Below are positions 25,215-39,494 of a stretch of DNA of 64,000 nucleotides, piece after piece (position 1 is the first letter of the stretch; every line of letters begins with the position of its first letter). Source of the DNA: Puccinia triticina (taxonomy: Eukaryota); NCBI GenBank assembly GCA_026914245.1, contig CP110439.1, forward strand, positions 4,092,001-4,156,000, in the 5' to 3' direction. The position numbers and the translations under genes are program-made. Below the pieces are notes generated by a model. The model saw nothing but the letters and a program-made list of their open reading frames with translations, did not search any database and was not told where the DNA came from.

Positions 25215-26313
25215 CACCAGGGGAGATATGTTCCCACTCCCCAGGGAGTGCCAGAGCTGAATTTTATGTGAGTTTTGGTCGGATGTGAGCCTGATGTGGA
25301 TTAGTAACTCATCCCCAAAATAGTAAATTGGATGGAGAAGTTAGTGAAAAGTCAGTCACAATTGATTTGGAAGTCAACACAATGTTGTGTAGAATTCTTT
25401 TGTTTTCTATGTACAACTGTAGGAAGAAATATGATGAAATGATATTTCACCAAATTCCAACTCATCAATTGCTCCTGTTTAATGATTTTTAAGGATAGCA
25501 AAGCAAAATTCCCATTCTCAAAAGTAATTCCTCCAAAAAAATGGGTTTCTTGTAATTCACATTATATGCCCTGATGTACAAAATTAAACTAAAAGTCGAC
25601 TTGGTATTATTGGGTTTAGATTTTTGGAATGTGGTAATGTTGCAGTCATTGAAATTGAAACCCATTTTCTTGGAAATGCGGGAATTAATTTGAATTTGGC
25701 TGATAAAAATGACAAAAAACTGTTTTAATAGGGTGAAAGTCTGAGTTAAGTCAAGGTTGGATTGCAATGCCAATTCACTTTGGCCATATATCCTGTCCTC
25801 CTCACGAAAATGATCTAGTGAATTTTGTATTTTTTTGCTTTTCAAAATTCACATGTGCACATGCAAGTTAACCTTTTTGCACTTTGCTAATAGTCACCCT
25901 GATGTACGCGCGTACATTGAGGTGGAAATATCACAGGATGGGCCTTTCACAGCCACATGAAAAGTAAAAAATTTGTTTTGAGACACCAATTGTCCCCCTG
26001 ATGTACGCGAGTACATGAGGGGTAAAAAAATCACAGGCTGGGCCTTTCACATCTCCATGGAAAGGACACACTGGTCATGGAGCCAAGAAAGGACTATATT
26101 CTGGATGAGTTCTGGATGAATTATAGATGAGTTCTGGATGATTTTTTGGCAATTTATGGTTTATTTCAGGATGATTTCCAACTGATTTCCACGCTGACTT
26201 CCAGGCTTGTTCATACCTATTCAATATTGCTTTACCAAAGGCCTCCAGCACAGTTATGGAAAAAAGGTACGGTAAGGCACTCACTGGGGAGTGGGAACAT
26301 ATCTCCCCTGGTG
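25215..26313. mobile_element. CACCAGG-ended non-autonomous element (CACTA-like)
   Basis: About 38-bp TIRs CACCAGGGGAGATATGTTCCCACTCCCCAG...; 3-bp TSD AAT. Confidence 0.9.
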
Positions 26314-27708
26314 AATGATGTTATGTTATAGGATTTCAAGTGTAAAAAGGAAAGAAAGAACAAGTGATTATCATTTTCAAAACAACTGGATAATAATCTG
26401 AGTATTTGTTGTGAGGAACATATATTAAAATCCTAAGAACTTCAGAAGTCAAATAAGTGCATGATCTTACAAACCAATGATATCACTCCAACCAATCTAC
26501 ACTATATAGTGGCCTGGATGGCCTAGCAGTAACCATCACCCACCAAAGCTTGGTGCCTCCCCTGCAACAACATAGTATAATCACTTGGAAGAGAGTGATG
26601 AGTCCGGCATTTGAATCCTGGCCTGGCCGCTACCCCTTCCCACATGGAAAACTACACACACCCATTTTACATTTTCAAACCCTTTATTAGTTGTCCAATT
26701 CCCAAGCCTTTTGCCCCTATTGACACCGCTTCAATTTCAATACCCGTTACCCAAGTATCAACCAACCTGAGAAGTTTCAAAGGTGGGCACGAGGGCCTGT
26801 TGCAAAGCTTGTCGCATGGACTGTCACCAACCTTGAGTCTAAGTTTAGTCAAACTTGGAGGAGGGGTCGGCATGGTACCTCTTTCTGATCCAAGAAAAGT
26901 ATTGTCACAATTTGAGAGCTTATTTCTGTCTGAGTTTTTGAGTACCCAATACTTCTGATTCTATCAATCCTGTCTGAGTTTCTTTTCCCAACGCACTTCG
27001 CGCATACTTCCAAACCCTCTCCCGTATACTTTCACAAAGAACTTCCTCACCCCTTTCCTTTCCTAAAAACCTCAAACCGCCAAGGGGTATTCCATCCCCC
27101 CTTGTCCTCTCAAAATCCCTACCTCCCAGCGCTATCTTTCTGATTCTACAACTCATATCCGGATCAACCACAAGGGCAGCTTTTCCGGCACCATCCCCTC
27201 AGTCCGCTGTCTACCGCGCACAGGTAGAAGCGCCATAACGTCTGAATCAAAACCTTCTTACCACCAAAAGCGGGTGGGACTAGGCCACAGTCCCGTATTT
27301 GAGAAGATGGCTAGTCTCTCTAGCAACTGGTGATTGTCAAATTCCAACTCTAGCGTTCAGCTAGGAAAGTTTTGCCCGGAAGATTGTTGATGATCCAGAT
27401 ATTCAAGACTGTTTGAGAGTTGATCAAAAGTGGGAAGGTGTCAAGGAGAAAAAAAAGAGGCTGACCTCCCAACAGATGATTAGTAATACGGATAGACAAG
27501 CTAGTTAAGCTTGACGGTTGGTTTAGTAGTTGAAGTAGATTTGTTTTAGAGGAGGATAAGTTGTATGATTAGTATGATGACTATTGAACTCTGTTTGGTA
27601 GATAAAGGTTGATAATATAGAGAGTGTCAGCGGCTCATAACCTGTTGTGACCCAGGTACGCAGGTGACACAATATGGTATAGATTGACAAGCTCTCCAGC
27701 CCGGAAGG

Positions 27709-28879
27709 TGTGGTAGAGGGAAAAGTGAAAAATCAAAAGTTCTTCCTCATACATATATTTTCTCACCCTAGGCCTCAAGATATCACCAAATAGACCTCAT
27801 AAATGAATTCTACAGCCAATTTTACCCCTAGTTCACTGGAACCCCGCAGGATTGGAAGTTACACCCTCTTGGACCCTCATGGACACGGCCAGCCTCAGTC
27901 ATTAACCTGTCACACCCCTCAAGTCACCTTTCCCAAGTATATGCATATTCAGCCCAGCCAAGCACATACTCTTTTCCATTCCTCTTATCTCCATTGCTTA
28001 TGCAGGGGACCAACCCCATTTCCTCTGTATTTGACATGTCCCTGCTTCATTTATGCACCCCTTGCAGCTGCATGCAGTCTTCTGACCCCATTTCTGCACT
28101 CCTTGCATCAGTCTGACATCACTCATGCACCCCTTGCATGAAGTACCTCTGTATTTGACATTTCCCCACTTTGTTTATGCGCTCCTTGCATTAGTATGAC
28201 ATCATCTTTCATTTCTCACCCCACTTTCTGCCTGTACTTAGGATCTTCTGACACCACTTGTACGCAGCCCACCAGCTAAAATCCCTCATCCAGGGTCCCC
28301 CTTGTAGCTAAAATCCCTCACATTTGTCTATATAAGGAGCTCCCTTCCACAGTTGTTTTTCCCTCAGTTCAGTACCCACCAGTTATACAGATATCACCCA
28401 TTAGCCAATATCATCACCCTTACACTTTTTCATAACATACCATATCAACCCTCTCATCTGCAATAACCACTGAGCTCACTCTCATATTCTCATACTCTCA
28501 TATCACTGGTTGCATATCACGCACCTGTCACAAGTTACCCGGTTCTTGGTTCAACTCCCAACTGAGACATATACCCTTCTCAGTCTAGACATTCTTCTCA
28601 ACTCTTTATATCACCCTCTTGAGGACCTGTGTTCAACCCCCACCGGAAACATCAAGTCAACTTGCACCCTTTCCATCATCACCAACCCTCTCAACTCTCA
28701 CATACCTGTCATCGAACAACTTCATCTGGAACTAGACCAGACCTATCACTTGATTAAAACTTGCCAAACTTAGCTTGGTGGGTCTTGTTATCTGATAGTA
28801 TAGAAGGGCAGAGTTTGCACCTCCATCATCCCCTTCTCCATTCAACAAAAGGGTTTCACAACCACTTTTGAGTCTTACA
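27709..28879 (+). mobile_element. Solo LTR (family A), uninterrupted
   Basis: TGTGGTAG...GAGTCTTACA, homologous to 2023-6348. TATA near 28329. TSD imperfect (AAGG/ACGG). Confidence 0.8.
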
Positions 28880-29650
28880 ACGGGAGTCCAAGTGGAGAAG
28901 ATACCGCAACTGCGGCGAGGCTCAGAGTGCGTAGCCCGCATGCTACAACAATTCACACTGCATGACTTTCCGTTGAATCTGGAAAACTGGCAGTTGTGGA
29001 TGAGCCTAGGGACCCTCCACTCCCACAAGGAGGGACGTGGTGGCTAAGGGTACCATGGGCTTCAATTTTGAAAAAATCCTAATTTTGTTTTCCTCTACCA
29101 AGAAGTGAAAAATAGGGGAGGGTTCAATAGTTGAAACTCTTCACATTTGGGCTCAAGACTACATTTTGGTTTGGGAGAAGTAAGTTTGGAAAATTTCAAT
29201 TTTCATGCCCTATATTGGTAGTAGTACAGGCCCGTGCTCATTTCTTCGGGGGGGGGGGCGCTAAACCTGACTAGCGACCCAGCGACCCAGCGCCTGCGGT
29301 GGAGTTGCTCTTGGGGCCCCGAATATATGGCCCCGGGTGGAGACACTCTAAACTGTGCTTCCTGGATCCTCATTCGTCTCGAGTCTAGCAATCTCAGCTT
29401 GATCCAACTCGCTGATTCATTGGCAGATACGGCCACTTCTTGGGTTAGTTCCTCTTATCTGTTGGTTGTTAAATATGATTGTTTTTTGTTGACCTCACTC
29501 CTTACCATGTCGAAGAGCCCAGCAAGCAAACTCACAATCTCTTTACTGCCGTCATCCTAGTCTCCGTGCCAGCTTATCAGTTGTTTAAGCTTGCAGGTGC
29601 AAGGTCTGCACCCAGAGCCCAAAGCGCGTCATATCTTTGGAATCAAAAGA

Positions 29651-30972
29651 ATGTCAACCACCAGCTTAGGCGTAGAGGCACTCGATTCCGATCAATCAGG
29701 AGCGCTGCAACAGCAAAGTGGTATGCATGCTCCGACTTTCCTTCGCGGCTATCAACATGAGCCTTCAAAACCACTGGTTGACGCAGACAAAAACTTTTCT
29801 TAGATTTGGTCCTCGATAGCTTTAGGAATCTTTTCGCCAAATGTGATACACTTACAGATGGGCCCCAGTGCGCTGGCCCCAAGTCTATCCGAGATGCCGC
29901 GTACATTGACCAACTGAAGCTGACGACCAGCCGGTTGGACTCAGACCTTCTACCGCTACTAGGAGATCAACTGAGCGCTATCTCACGGATGCTAGACCCG
30001 TCCGACTTGCGGAAAGAACCCATCTCAGAACTCAAGCGGATCTTGGCAATTCAAGTACAGCTCGACCACACAATGGATCAAATCATATCTGCGCTTGAGA
30101 CCCTTCCGGAACAAGACATCGTCCCAAACCAAACAACCGACCAGCACGATAAAGCACTCAAGTACTATAGGCTTAACGGTCTTGATCAATGTATCAGGCA
30201 AGAATTGCTCATGGAGATGGCTGGATTATTTTCTTCGTCCATCTTACTTGTTCGGCGACTAGGATTCTCGGCATCATCAGAAGAAATGACTGCCTCCGAG
30301 ACTGTGGCTCGAGCTGGAAAAGATGTTATTTCCGCCCAAATTCGTTCTGAAAGCTCACTCGAGTCGGCCATCACCTGGTTAAGAGGATCTGAATGGGAGA
30401 CTGTCCTAGTCGGTTGGCAGATTGGAATGGAAGTTATTGATAGCATCCTGGAGTCCAACTTATGTGCAATGAATTCGATACCTAGGAAACAAGGAGACAA
30501 TCAACGGCGCCGCGTACCCCTCAGCGAACGAAATATTCAGCTCGGCACATTATTCATACCAATCTTAAAACTTGCAAGAATATTCTTAAAGAAACTATCG
30601 ACACTCGGAACGAGCCGAAAACCGCTCCCACATTTTACGGAGATGTGTACTCACCAGCTTCAAAGCTTACATGATTTGCCCGTTTGCCTTATTGCTAGAC
30701 TCGGCTCTCTTCAGACTATGTCGACCGGGACTGAGGTGTTTGATGAAGCTTCAATCACGCGTTTCAATAATGTGGCTAGAAAGCTCCTTGCTTTACTTCA
30801 GTCTGCTTTGCTTGATGTAGTTCTCTCGGTTGTTCCTTTAGTCCCGGACACTAATGGTTCACAAATTCATAGCTACCTCAGAGCCTGGTTTGTCACTTGG
30901 AATAACCAGTTCATTGTAGCGACTCAAAATGTCACCCGACAAACCCTTTCATTTTTAAATAATCCTCAGTAG
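29651..30972 (+). CDS. Uncharacterised helical protein, family paralogue 3
   Basis: Exon 1 29651-29720 (MSTTSLG...QQS), intron 29721-29803 (GTATGC...TAG), exon 2 to the stop at 30972; family motifs present. Confidence 0.85.
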
Positions 30973-32662
30973 TTCTGACATTATTTCTCTCATCATTTGA
31001 TTGACTGACGTTCCAGTGAAAGAATTGCGCCTGAAAACTTATCCTGCCTCCGGAAATTTGTAAAATATTAGTGGAACAATACAATAAAGAATTGATGTTA
31101 TCCATTTCGTGAAACATTTTCCCAACTTTTTTCGGAGGTTGCTATTCAATTGCGTCCCCCAGAGAGTAGTGCTCGCCCCCTGTGCGGTGCCATAGTACCG
31201 GTCCCCAGCTGATTCGCTGTAGAGTGAGTCTGAGATCACCAACAAGCACATCCAATTTTTCAACTTGAATGTGGATTCAGTTTGGTTCACCATAAACCGC
31301 TTTGCTGGCCAAATCAGAAAGTGGACCCAGCAGTGCATTGAGAAACTTGCCTGAGATCCAGCAACAATCCACCACGGGCCACATTGATTCCATATAAAAT
31401 GGAAATATCATGACATGATATGCTATAGTTTCTAAGCAGTAGGCCAAGCAGGTTTTGGTTGGCTCAAATGCGCTGGCTTCATTTAAGAAATGAGTCAATG
31501 AACTTCAAACCCTCCAGCCACAATTAAAGCTTTTTTTCCCTCCCCTTTAGAATTTGGTGCTCTATTGAATCAGGATGGCAATGGCATTGGTATATCAGTA
31601 TGTCTTGTTGAAAACATACAAGACCGCTGGTTGTTCAATTTTGATTTTTAAAAAGGGAAAAGAGCAAATCATAGCAAAGCTTATCCTCAATGACCAAAGC
31701 CCTGCAGGAAACTAGTCAAGGCTTATCCTTCACAGCCCAGATAATGGATACATGGGTGACAGGGTGTAAATTGTACTGGATGGGCCTAATCATCTCAGTG
31801 GCAAGGCCAGTTCTGTGAAAGAAATTTCTGGTAAGTCTGAGAATCAAATCAACATAGCAAGCCGTGGCTGAAACTGATCCAGATGAGCTGCTTATTATTA
31901 TTATTATTTTTTTTTTTTGATTTGAGAACCAGCTGAAAGGTATGACAACTGAGACTACTACATACAAGTTTCTAGACAAACTATCCCTAGGCTCTTCTCT
32001 GGGGCTCATTTAAAAATCCTGTTATACATTGTAAATCACCAATGTTATAACTTATGACAAGCTGTCCAAATGTTGGCAGATATTTTCTTGCAATGAGTAA
32101 CAAAGATCTTGGAGAATGAGTGTTGTAACTGTCACACACAGAGGTGTTAAAATTTTTAGAAAAGTTTTATATTTTGTCAAAAAAAAAAGAATAATAGATC
32201 ACCTTCTGATTGGATGTAATAAAAGCATAAGTAAAAAAGAACTTTTCCTTGCAAAAAGTGTTGCTTGAAGTTAAACATTACATAGGGAGAGGATTAATTC
32301 CTGAGAAGAATTTAAAAAGCAATGATTTTCCATGATATTTTCCCCAGTGGCAGAAGTTAGAACTGTGGTAAAAAATGGAGAATAAGTAAATTGAAAGGTT
32401 GAAGCAAATCCAAAAGAGAAACAATGATCTACAATATTTGAAACTGAGTTTAGCTGTAATCTGTAAGATTTTCCCTGCAAATTTAGACTTACTGTGCACA
32501 GGTGGAGCAGGGGGCATCTCACTCTCTGACCCTTGGCACCAAAACCCACAATTGAATGAAAGACTGGATGAATTCCTGTTGATTCTGGGAGCCTCTCAGA
32601 AAATTATCTACACTTTTCAGATCTAAAATGCTAAAAATGTGCTTCCGTCATTCCGGGCTCTC

Positions 32663-32884
32663 ACTGCCAGCATAATTGGCTGGGTTGAGGTTATCCCGGT
32701 TAAACTGGGATGCACTCAACCAATTTAAACTTGGTTGATCTCAATTGATGAAATATAAACCCAAGGTACCCCCCCCCCCCCCTTGTTTTTATATTTCATT
32801 GGATGAGATCAACCCATTTTAAATTGGTTGAGTGCATCCCAGTTAAACTGGGATGACTTAATCCCAGCCAAATATGCTAGCAGT
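32663..32884. mobile_element. Fold-back MITE
   Basis: About 100-bp imperfect inverted arms around a poly-C spacer. Confidence 0.75.
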
Positions 32885-33028
32885 AGATCTGTAAATTAAT
32901 GGGTGCCCCCAAATACATATCCAGGTGTCAATGAGATCAGACACCAAGAGGATATGTAGCTTACTCCTCTTAGCAACCTGTCTACTCCAGTCATCAGGAG
33001 GATCAGATATTTAAATCAATGACCCATC

Positions 33029-36000
33029 CACCAGGGGAGAATTTGAAGCAATCTCCAGAGAGTGCCTGACTGTAATTTTATGTTTTTCTGGGTCTGATTT
33101 CAGTCAGATGTGTATTAGGAAAGGGTTAATAAATTATTCAGAAGTCAATGGAAAGTCTGTCATAGTTTATGAGGAAGTATCACAGGGCCTCATTCAATGT
33201 TGTATAGAACTGTTGCATTCTTTAAGGATAACCAACACCAGGGGGGAATGTGTGGCACTCTCTAGAGAGTGCCAGACTGTAATTTTTTCAGTAAAACGGT
33301 ATGATGTGAGTTCAATGTCAGTTGTAACTCTTTGTTAAATTGTATTCCCAATACAAGGATAACTCTAGGTAAAGTTATCGTGGAATGATCTGTAACTCAA
33401 AACCAACACATGAACATCTCTCTTTGAACATTTTGGGTTTGGTTCATCATGGTCACAATTTTGAACATGAATTTTAATGCACAAAATGTGTTGCCAAGAG
33501 CTTAAATATCCCTAGGATCAAAAATATCCTTTATGAAGTGACCAGGAATATTTTTCAGAGCCAAATTTGCTTAATTCATGACACACATACAATCATTTGC
33601 CAAAAAACTTGTAAAATATAGCAGCTGCAAAGGCTGATTAAACATTTAGATAAATCCTTGGGTGATATTTCTGCCATGCATACTCCCATATCAGAGTGGG
33701 AGAAAATTGTGTGAAATAAAACTTCTATTCTTCAAGTATCAAACAGTGCCTGATCTGTGAAAATTGATTTAACCTGCAATTTCCCCGCCTGAAATATGAA
33801 ATGTGAAAAATACTGGAGGAATTTTTCCCTATCATGTTTGCCTGCCAAGGGATGGTCCATTGAAAAATGGTAAAGTTTGAAACACCATCATCTCTTGATT
33901 TGGTACCATGCACCTGGCATACTCCAATACATATTGCAAAATTTTCATAAGTTTAACTCCACCTGACTAGAAAATGCAGCGGCTAGAAGCAAAAATAGTT
34001 AATATTCTGCAGCAAAAGGGGGGTAGATTGGTGGATATCAACAGGCAAATCAATATTTCAGTGATCCTGGAAGAAGCAGGAGAAAGAATTGAAAAGCTGT
34101 CCTGAGAAAACCAAGGTGACCAGTCAATTCTGAAATGCCCATGGAAATCACAGTAAGATAAGTCACATTTTTTCTTGTTGATTGATCATCTTGACATCTT
34201 TTCCCTGAAATTTTTGGTCAAATTTTTCCTTCAGTTAGAATTCATTCATCATAGTTAAAAAAATTTCCATGTGTATTGTGTAACAACATTGTGTCAATTA
34301 CTCTCATCTAATGTTTCTTAAGTAGCATTGGTTTTTAGATAATGCTGATGCATTGTGGACCTATTGCATCCAGATCAATCAAAACAACTGTCCTTGAAGT
34401 AGTTTAGGGATGGCATTTGGGACCTGGGTACTGGCAGAGGGTCCGGGTACTGGGTCAATTTTTGAACAAATGTTGGCACCTGGTACCGCACCTGGTACAG
34501 CCTGGGCGGGCATGGGCGGCTGTTGGTGGTCCCCGGGGCGGTTTAACACCAGTACTTTCTCTCACAAATTATTTACTTTGAAAAAGTGGTGAGCCATATC
34601 AGATGCAATTTCTGATGAATTTTGTCTTCTTCACTTGTGGTTAGAGGGCATGATTGATGGTTTTTGGGAGGATTTGATGATGGGAATGGGTGACAGGGGG
34701 CTTGTATTTGGGTTACACCCAACCAAGTCTCCTGAACCTTGTGGAGAATAGGGTGGGTTTAGATGCGTGTGGGCGGGCAGTACCCGGGTATCCGCTGTTT
34801 TCTTCACAAAAGCCAGGCACGTGGTACTGCTTGGCGGGTACCTGCTAGGCACCCCCCGCACCCGCCAGGCGGTACCAGGTACCCTGAAACGGCTACCCAA
34901 GTGCCATCCCTAGAGTAGTTGAAGTGTCGCACATATGTGGTGAAAAGAAGGAGGAAAAAATCTTTCAGCAAGTTTCAAGCTGGGCACAAGTCAGCTTTAG
35001 TGGCAGGGTGGAAAGGGGGATCCACTCAGTATCCCCATGTTCCCACTTTTTTTTTTTTTTTTTTGGTGAAATGTCCACCCTGATTTTCGCGTGAGCATCA
35101 GGGTGGACATTGAGCAGTGGCTTATGTAATATGGACTTAATGGACACTGTGAAGCGCCTTCAAGCTCAGGAATCCCCCACTCAATCAACAGTGCAGAATA
35201 CTGGTAATCAATCTTGTATTTTCTGGACCCAATGACCAGTGTGTACTGCATCCTGAGATCGTGAAGGCCCAGATTAATGACAAGTACGTGCTGGTCTTTG
35301 GGCTAGAGCTTCTCCAACCCAATTACCAGCCAAAACTGGTCATCGATCTGGGAGAGGCCGTACTCAAAGGCCATAATTCCCTCACCATCAATCCATGGCT
35401 TCCCCGAACTCAAATCCAACGACCACTACATCTTGGTCATCAAGCCAGGGAGGCCCCAGCCCATGCTGGTCATGAGGCCCAACTTTTGGAGTGTGGTAGG
35501 CACTATATACTGGCCACACAGCTTGAAAAATTGCAGCTGGATTGTCAGTATGTAATTTCGATTGAGTCAGGAATTTCACAGTGCAATGGACAGTACGTCC
35601 TGGTAATTCAATCAGGGGAAGGCCTGGCTCACTGAACAAAACTTATTACTGGTTGTTGAGATGAGATTTTCCCAGCCTAGTGAAATGTAATCAAGTGGAG
35701 GGTGTCTCCACCTGATGGGCTATACACACCGGTCATTTAATGCAGAATACCTCCACATGATGGCCAGTAAACACCGGTTATCAAGTGGAGAATCCCTCCA
35801 CTCCATGGCCGTGACAGCTGGTCATGGGCTGGGTGATGTCTCTCCACTTAATGACTAGTAATTTATATTTGGTCATTGAGTGGCAACACCCTCTACTCAA
35901 TCACCATCCAACAGTCATTGAGGGGAGGGTGTCTCCATTTGATTTTTGTGATCCCCATTCATCAAGTGTAGGTTTTCCCTACTTGATGGCTAGGCACAAC

Positions 36001-37671
36001 AGTCAGGGTAAGATTCCAATGTATACCAACCATTGAGTGGATGTAACCTCAACCCAATTAGCAGCATGACCACCATGGAGTGGATCAAAGTTCAGCCTCA
36101 TGAGTTGAATATAAAAGCAAATTATTTGAAGCCCAAATCAAACATGCTTAAACAGCTGATATCAGACAGGGTTCCAGAAGGAAAATATGGTCTGGAACTC
36201 TCTAGAGAGTGCCATAAATTCTCCCCTGGTGACTTCTCCTTCTGTGATTTTCAAATCTTTCTGGACTTCAGAAAAACATGTGAGGTAGTCCTCTTTGTTT
36301 TTGAATCTAATGAAGATGAGAAAGAAAATGCTTGGATGCTCTCCTAATTCCACACATAATGAATTTTTTTTTTCCCGTGAAATGAAGAAGTTCATGGTGG
36401 TTGTGTTAACTGCTTAGTCAAGGGGAAATGTGATCTTCACAAAGTGATTGGTGGCTTACACAACCAGATTGAGAGCGTGCGGGAGAATGAAAGAAATTGT
36501 TTGTGTTTTTGATGTACATTGAATACTTGTTGCCTTTCCTCTCCTATCTTCTAGGATTTTGGTTGGTTCAATTGAAATCAAATCTACCACATAATTTCCT
36601 GGTAGCTAATTTATTGGTTAGAGAAGACATAAGCGTGAGTTCAACAGCAGATGAACATTATTCAGGCTTGATTTACACATGCACAACCAGTTGACTTCTG
36701 GGAAAGTTACAGAAAGAAATAATAGTATGGCACTCTATAGAAAGTGCCACACATTCCCCCCTGGTGTAAATTACAACCTATACTGAAATGATAGTTACTC
36801 AATGCCCAATTATCAATCATTTATGTTGAATTTATGTTGATCAATTTCTCTACTTGCAACATGTTTCACACAACATAAATATGACTAGCTGTGGCTTTAA
36901 TGGCTTTCTGACCAGTTTTTACTTGTCATGGAGCTGTGAAAGGCCCCTCTGGTGATCTTTCACCCCAATGTACGCGCGTACACAAAGGTGACATTTAAAA
37001 ATGGAAAACAGATCACATGCATGTGCATGGAGACATTGGAAAACAAAAAACCATAAAAAAAACTCACAAGCCCATATGTGTTAAGAAGCCAAGTTGTCTA
37101 GCTGAAATCTGGGACCAAAAACCTCCAAGCTTGACTTGACACATACTTTCACCATATTTTCATCTTTTTTGGCTCAATTATAGATGATACCTGCCTTTTT
37201 TTAGGGAAATATGCCACTTTGGGTGGGCCTTTCAAATCATTCTAACCAGTGTGTACATGTTGTTGATCTGAAAGAGGCCCAGCCTGAAATTTGTAAAAAC
37301 CTTTTACTCGCACACAGGAGGGAAGAATTAGCAAAGTGAAAACAATGAAGAAATTCATTAGCATGTGAATAATATGAATTGGACCCAAGAAATCATCCCA
37401 ATCAACAAACAGTTCAAATTGAGTTATGATTTGATTGTGGCCATTGTGTCTTAGTGGTTTCAACTGTGTTCTGATTGATTTAGAGTTGAATTCTGCATGA
37501 ATTCTTGATGATTGATGGATGAATCCAGGATCAGTTTCAGGACATTTATGGATGAGTTCAAGCATTTTTCATTATTTCTTACACTATTTTCACCAAAAGC
37601 ATCCAGCACAGTTCTGGAAAAAGGGTATGGTATGGCACTCTCTGGAGAGTGCGTCAAAATCACCCCTGGTG
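33029..37671. mobile_element. Cluster of nested CACCAGG-ended elements
   Basis: Left ends at 33029 and 33236, right ends at 36231, 36766 and 37671, each with a variant of the subterminal GGCACTCTCTAGAGAGTGCC palindrome; TSDs imperfect. Confidence 0.65.
34405..34912. mobile_element. hAT-type MITE
   Basis: TIRs TAGGGATGGCA/TGCCATCCCTA; 8-bp TSD AAGTAGTT/GAGTAGTT. Confidence 0.88.
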
Positions 37672-38036
37672 CATCTATTATGGTTTTTGGGAGGAGGAAG
37701 CTATGTAGCTTCCTCCTATTTGTGTCAGGGTATACCCTGACACATGTTGGTCATCAAAGTGGCCATTGAGGGGAATGTTTTTTGCTCTTGATGGAGTACT
37801 CCTCTCAGTACTCATCTTGATACCCAACAGATATTGGGCATCAAGGGGGTGGTTTCTGCTTCCCATGGCCAGAACTTGAGAAGAGAGAATTTTCACCTCA
37901 ATGACCAATGTCCAATGATCATCAAGTGGATTCTTGTACATACTACTCATTTTAGTGAGAGGTCTGTGCAGGTCATTGAGAGCAGTACATCTCTTGATGA
38001 CTGGTGCAGGCTGATCATCAACAGCATTGTGTAATC

Positions 38037-39494
38037 TGTTGAAACTCGCGCGCGCTCACACGCTCCTCTCGCCCGCTCTGACTGCGCCTTGACAGCGCAG
38101 CCGTCAGCCTTAGAGTCAACACAGTTGACCTAAAACTGCCTTTTATCTCCATTTTATACCTAAATGTGCTCATATCTTTTTAAACTTAATACATAAGATT
38201 GTTTTGACTTAAGATTGCGATTTCTCATGCAATTTTGACCCTAGTGGCCACTGATCACTTTCCAATATCTCTACTCCTTCATAGAGTTTGTGGTTTGTGA
38301 CACACGTGCGCAGCAGCGCCGTGTAGTTGCACCTGAGCGCTCCAAACCACATGTACATGTGTGATTATGTCATCCAACTTTGAAAATTTTCGAAGTCAGG
38401 ATCCCCCATGCAGCTGGAGGATCCACAGACTTCAGCACACCAGAACCATACCCCAGAGACACCCAGGATCACTAACCAGAGGCCACTTCACTCCCAGTAT
38501 CACCACAGGATATTGACAGTAAGTACCCTCTTCTACTGACCTTGTTTATCTCAGAGGAAACTCTGTTGCTCTTGACTGCTCTCTCCCTGCTTCTGTTTCT
38601 CTCTTCTGCTACAAAAGATCCACAGGTTATCTCTTGTTAAGACCTTTAAAACCAGAGCAGAGTAGTCAACCTACTTCTGAATCCCACCACTGTTTCCTTG
38701 GTGTGAGTGGAGACTTTTGCATCTCTAGCAAAGTTGGCATCCTACTTTTCCAGGTAGAGCTTGGCCCATATTAAATCATAATTCAAACAGATCAAGTTTC
38801 TCTCTTCTCAGTTTCTCTCTTCTATTCCTCTTCTCTCCACTGCTTGTATTTCTTTATCCCAAGGAATTCAATCAGTGTCCCCCTTTTTCTTGTGTCCTGC
38901 TGTCACATAAGAGACTCAGGCTCACAGCAGCAAAAAACCTAACTCGTCTACCTATCTTGGTACCGCTTTCGGGCTCTGATTAATCTAGACCTCAACAGCA
39001 CGACCGACTCTTTGATCCTCGTCTGCTCGCTCCGATCTCTCTTATCACTTTCCTCAAGACTCAAGTTCAGCCAACACTCATCAAGTCTCATCGGCCTATA
39101 CTTTCAATCAACACAACTTGGTGAGAAATGCGACCAGCATTTCCATCCGCATCAAATCTAATCATCATTGACCTCAATCACGGACTTCTTCCTTCTTTAT
39201 TAGTTTGTGTTCTAAGATCTTAATCCTTAACATTCTTCATCTCCGCAGTTGTTGTGTCCTTCTTCTCTTGGTCTGTTACATATTCATTCTCACCTTCTTT
39301 TTGTCCTTCCATCAACTGATCTCATCCTAACTCCTCTAATCAGCTTCATCAGACCGCTTCTCCACCATATCTCACAGTTGCTGCTTCTTCATTCTATCTT
39401 TAGCTTCAGGGTTTGTTTCTTTTCTTATTGTTCATACCATCCTTTTGTTGCTTCTTCTCACATATTGTTTTCAGCTTCTGGTCTTTGCTTTACA
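38037..39494 (+). mobile_element. Probable solo LTR hosting the family B LTR
   Basis: TGTTG...TTTACA with GTAAT on both flanks (offset by one base on the left). Confidence 0.5.
38102..38926 (+). mobile_element. Solo LTR (family B)
   Basis: Homologous to 2710-3583 along its length; 5-bp TSD GCAGC (38097-38101 and 38927-38931). Confidence 0.9.

Noticed and set aside
26600..27645. Decayed retroelement fragment on the minus strand
   Set aside because: A GCTCATAAC motif near 27632 resembles the Gypsy LTR end, but no second LTR, TSD or protein motif could be confirmed.
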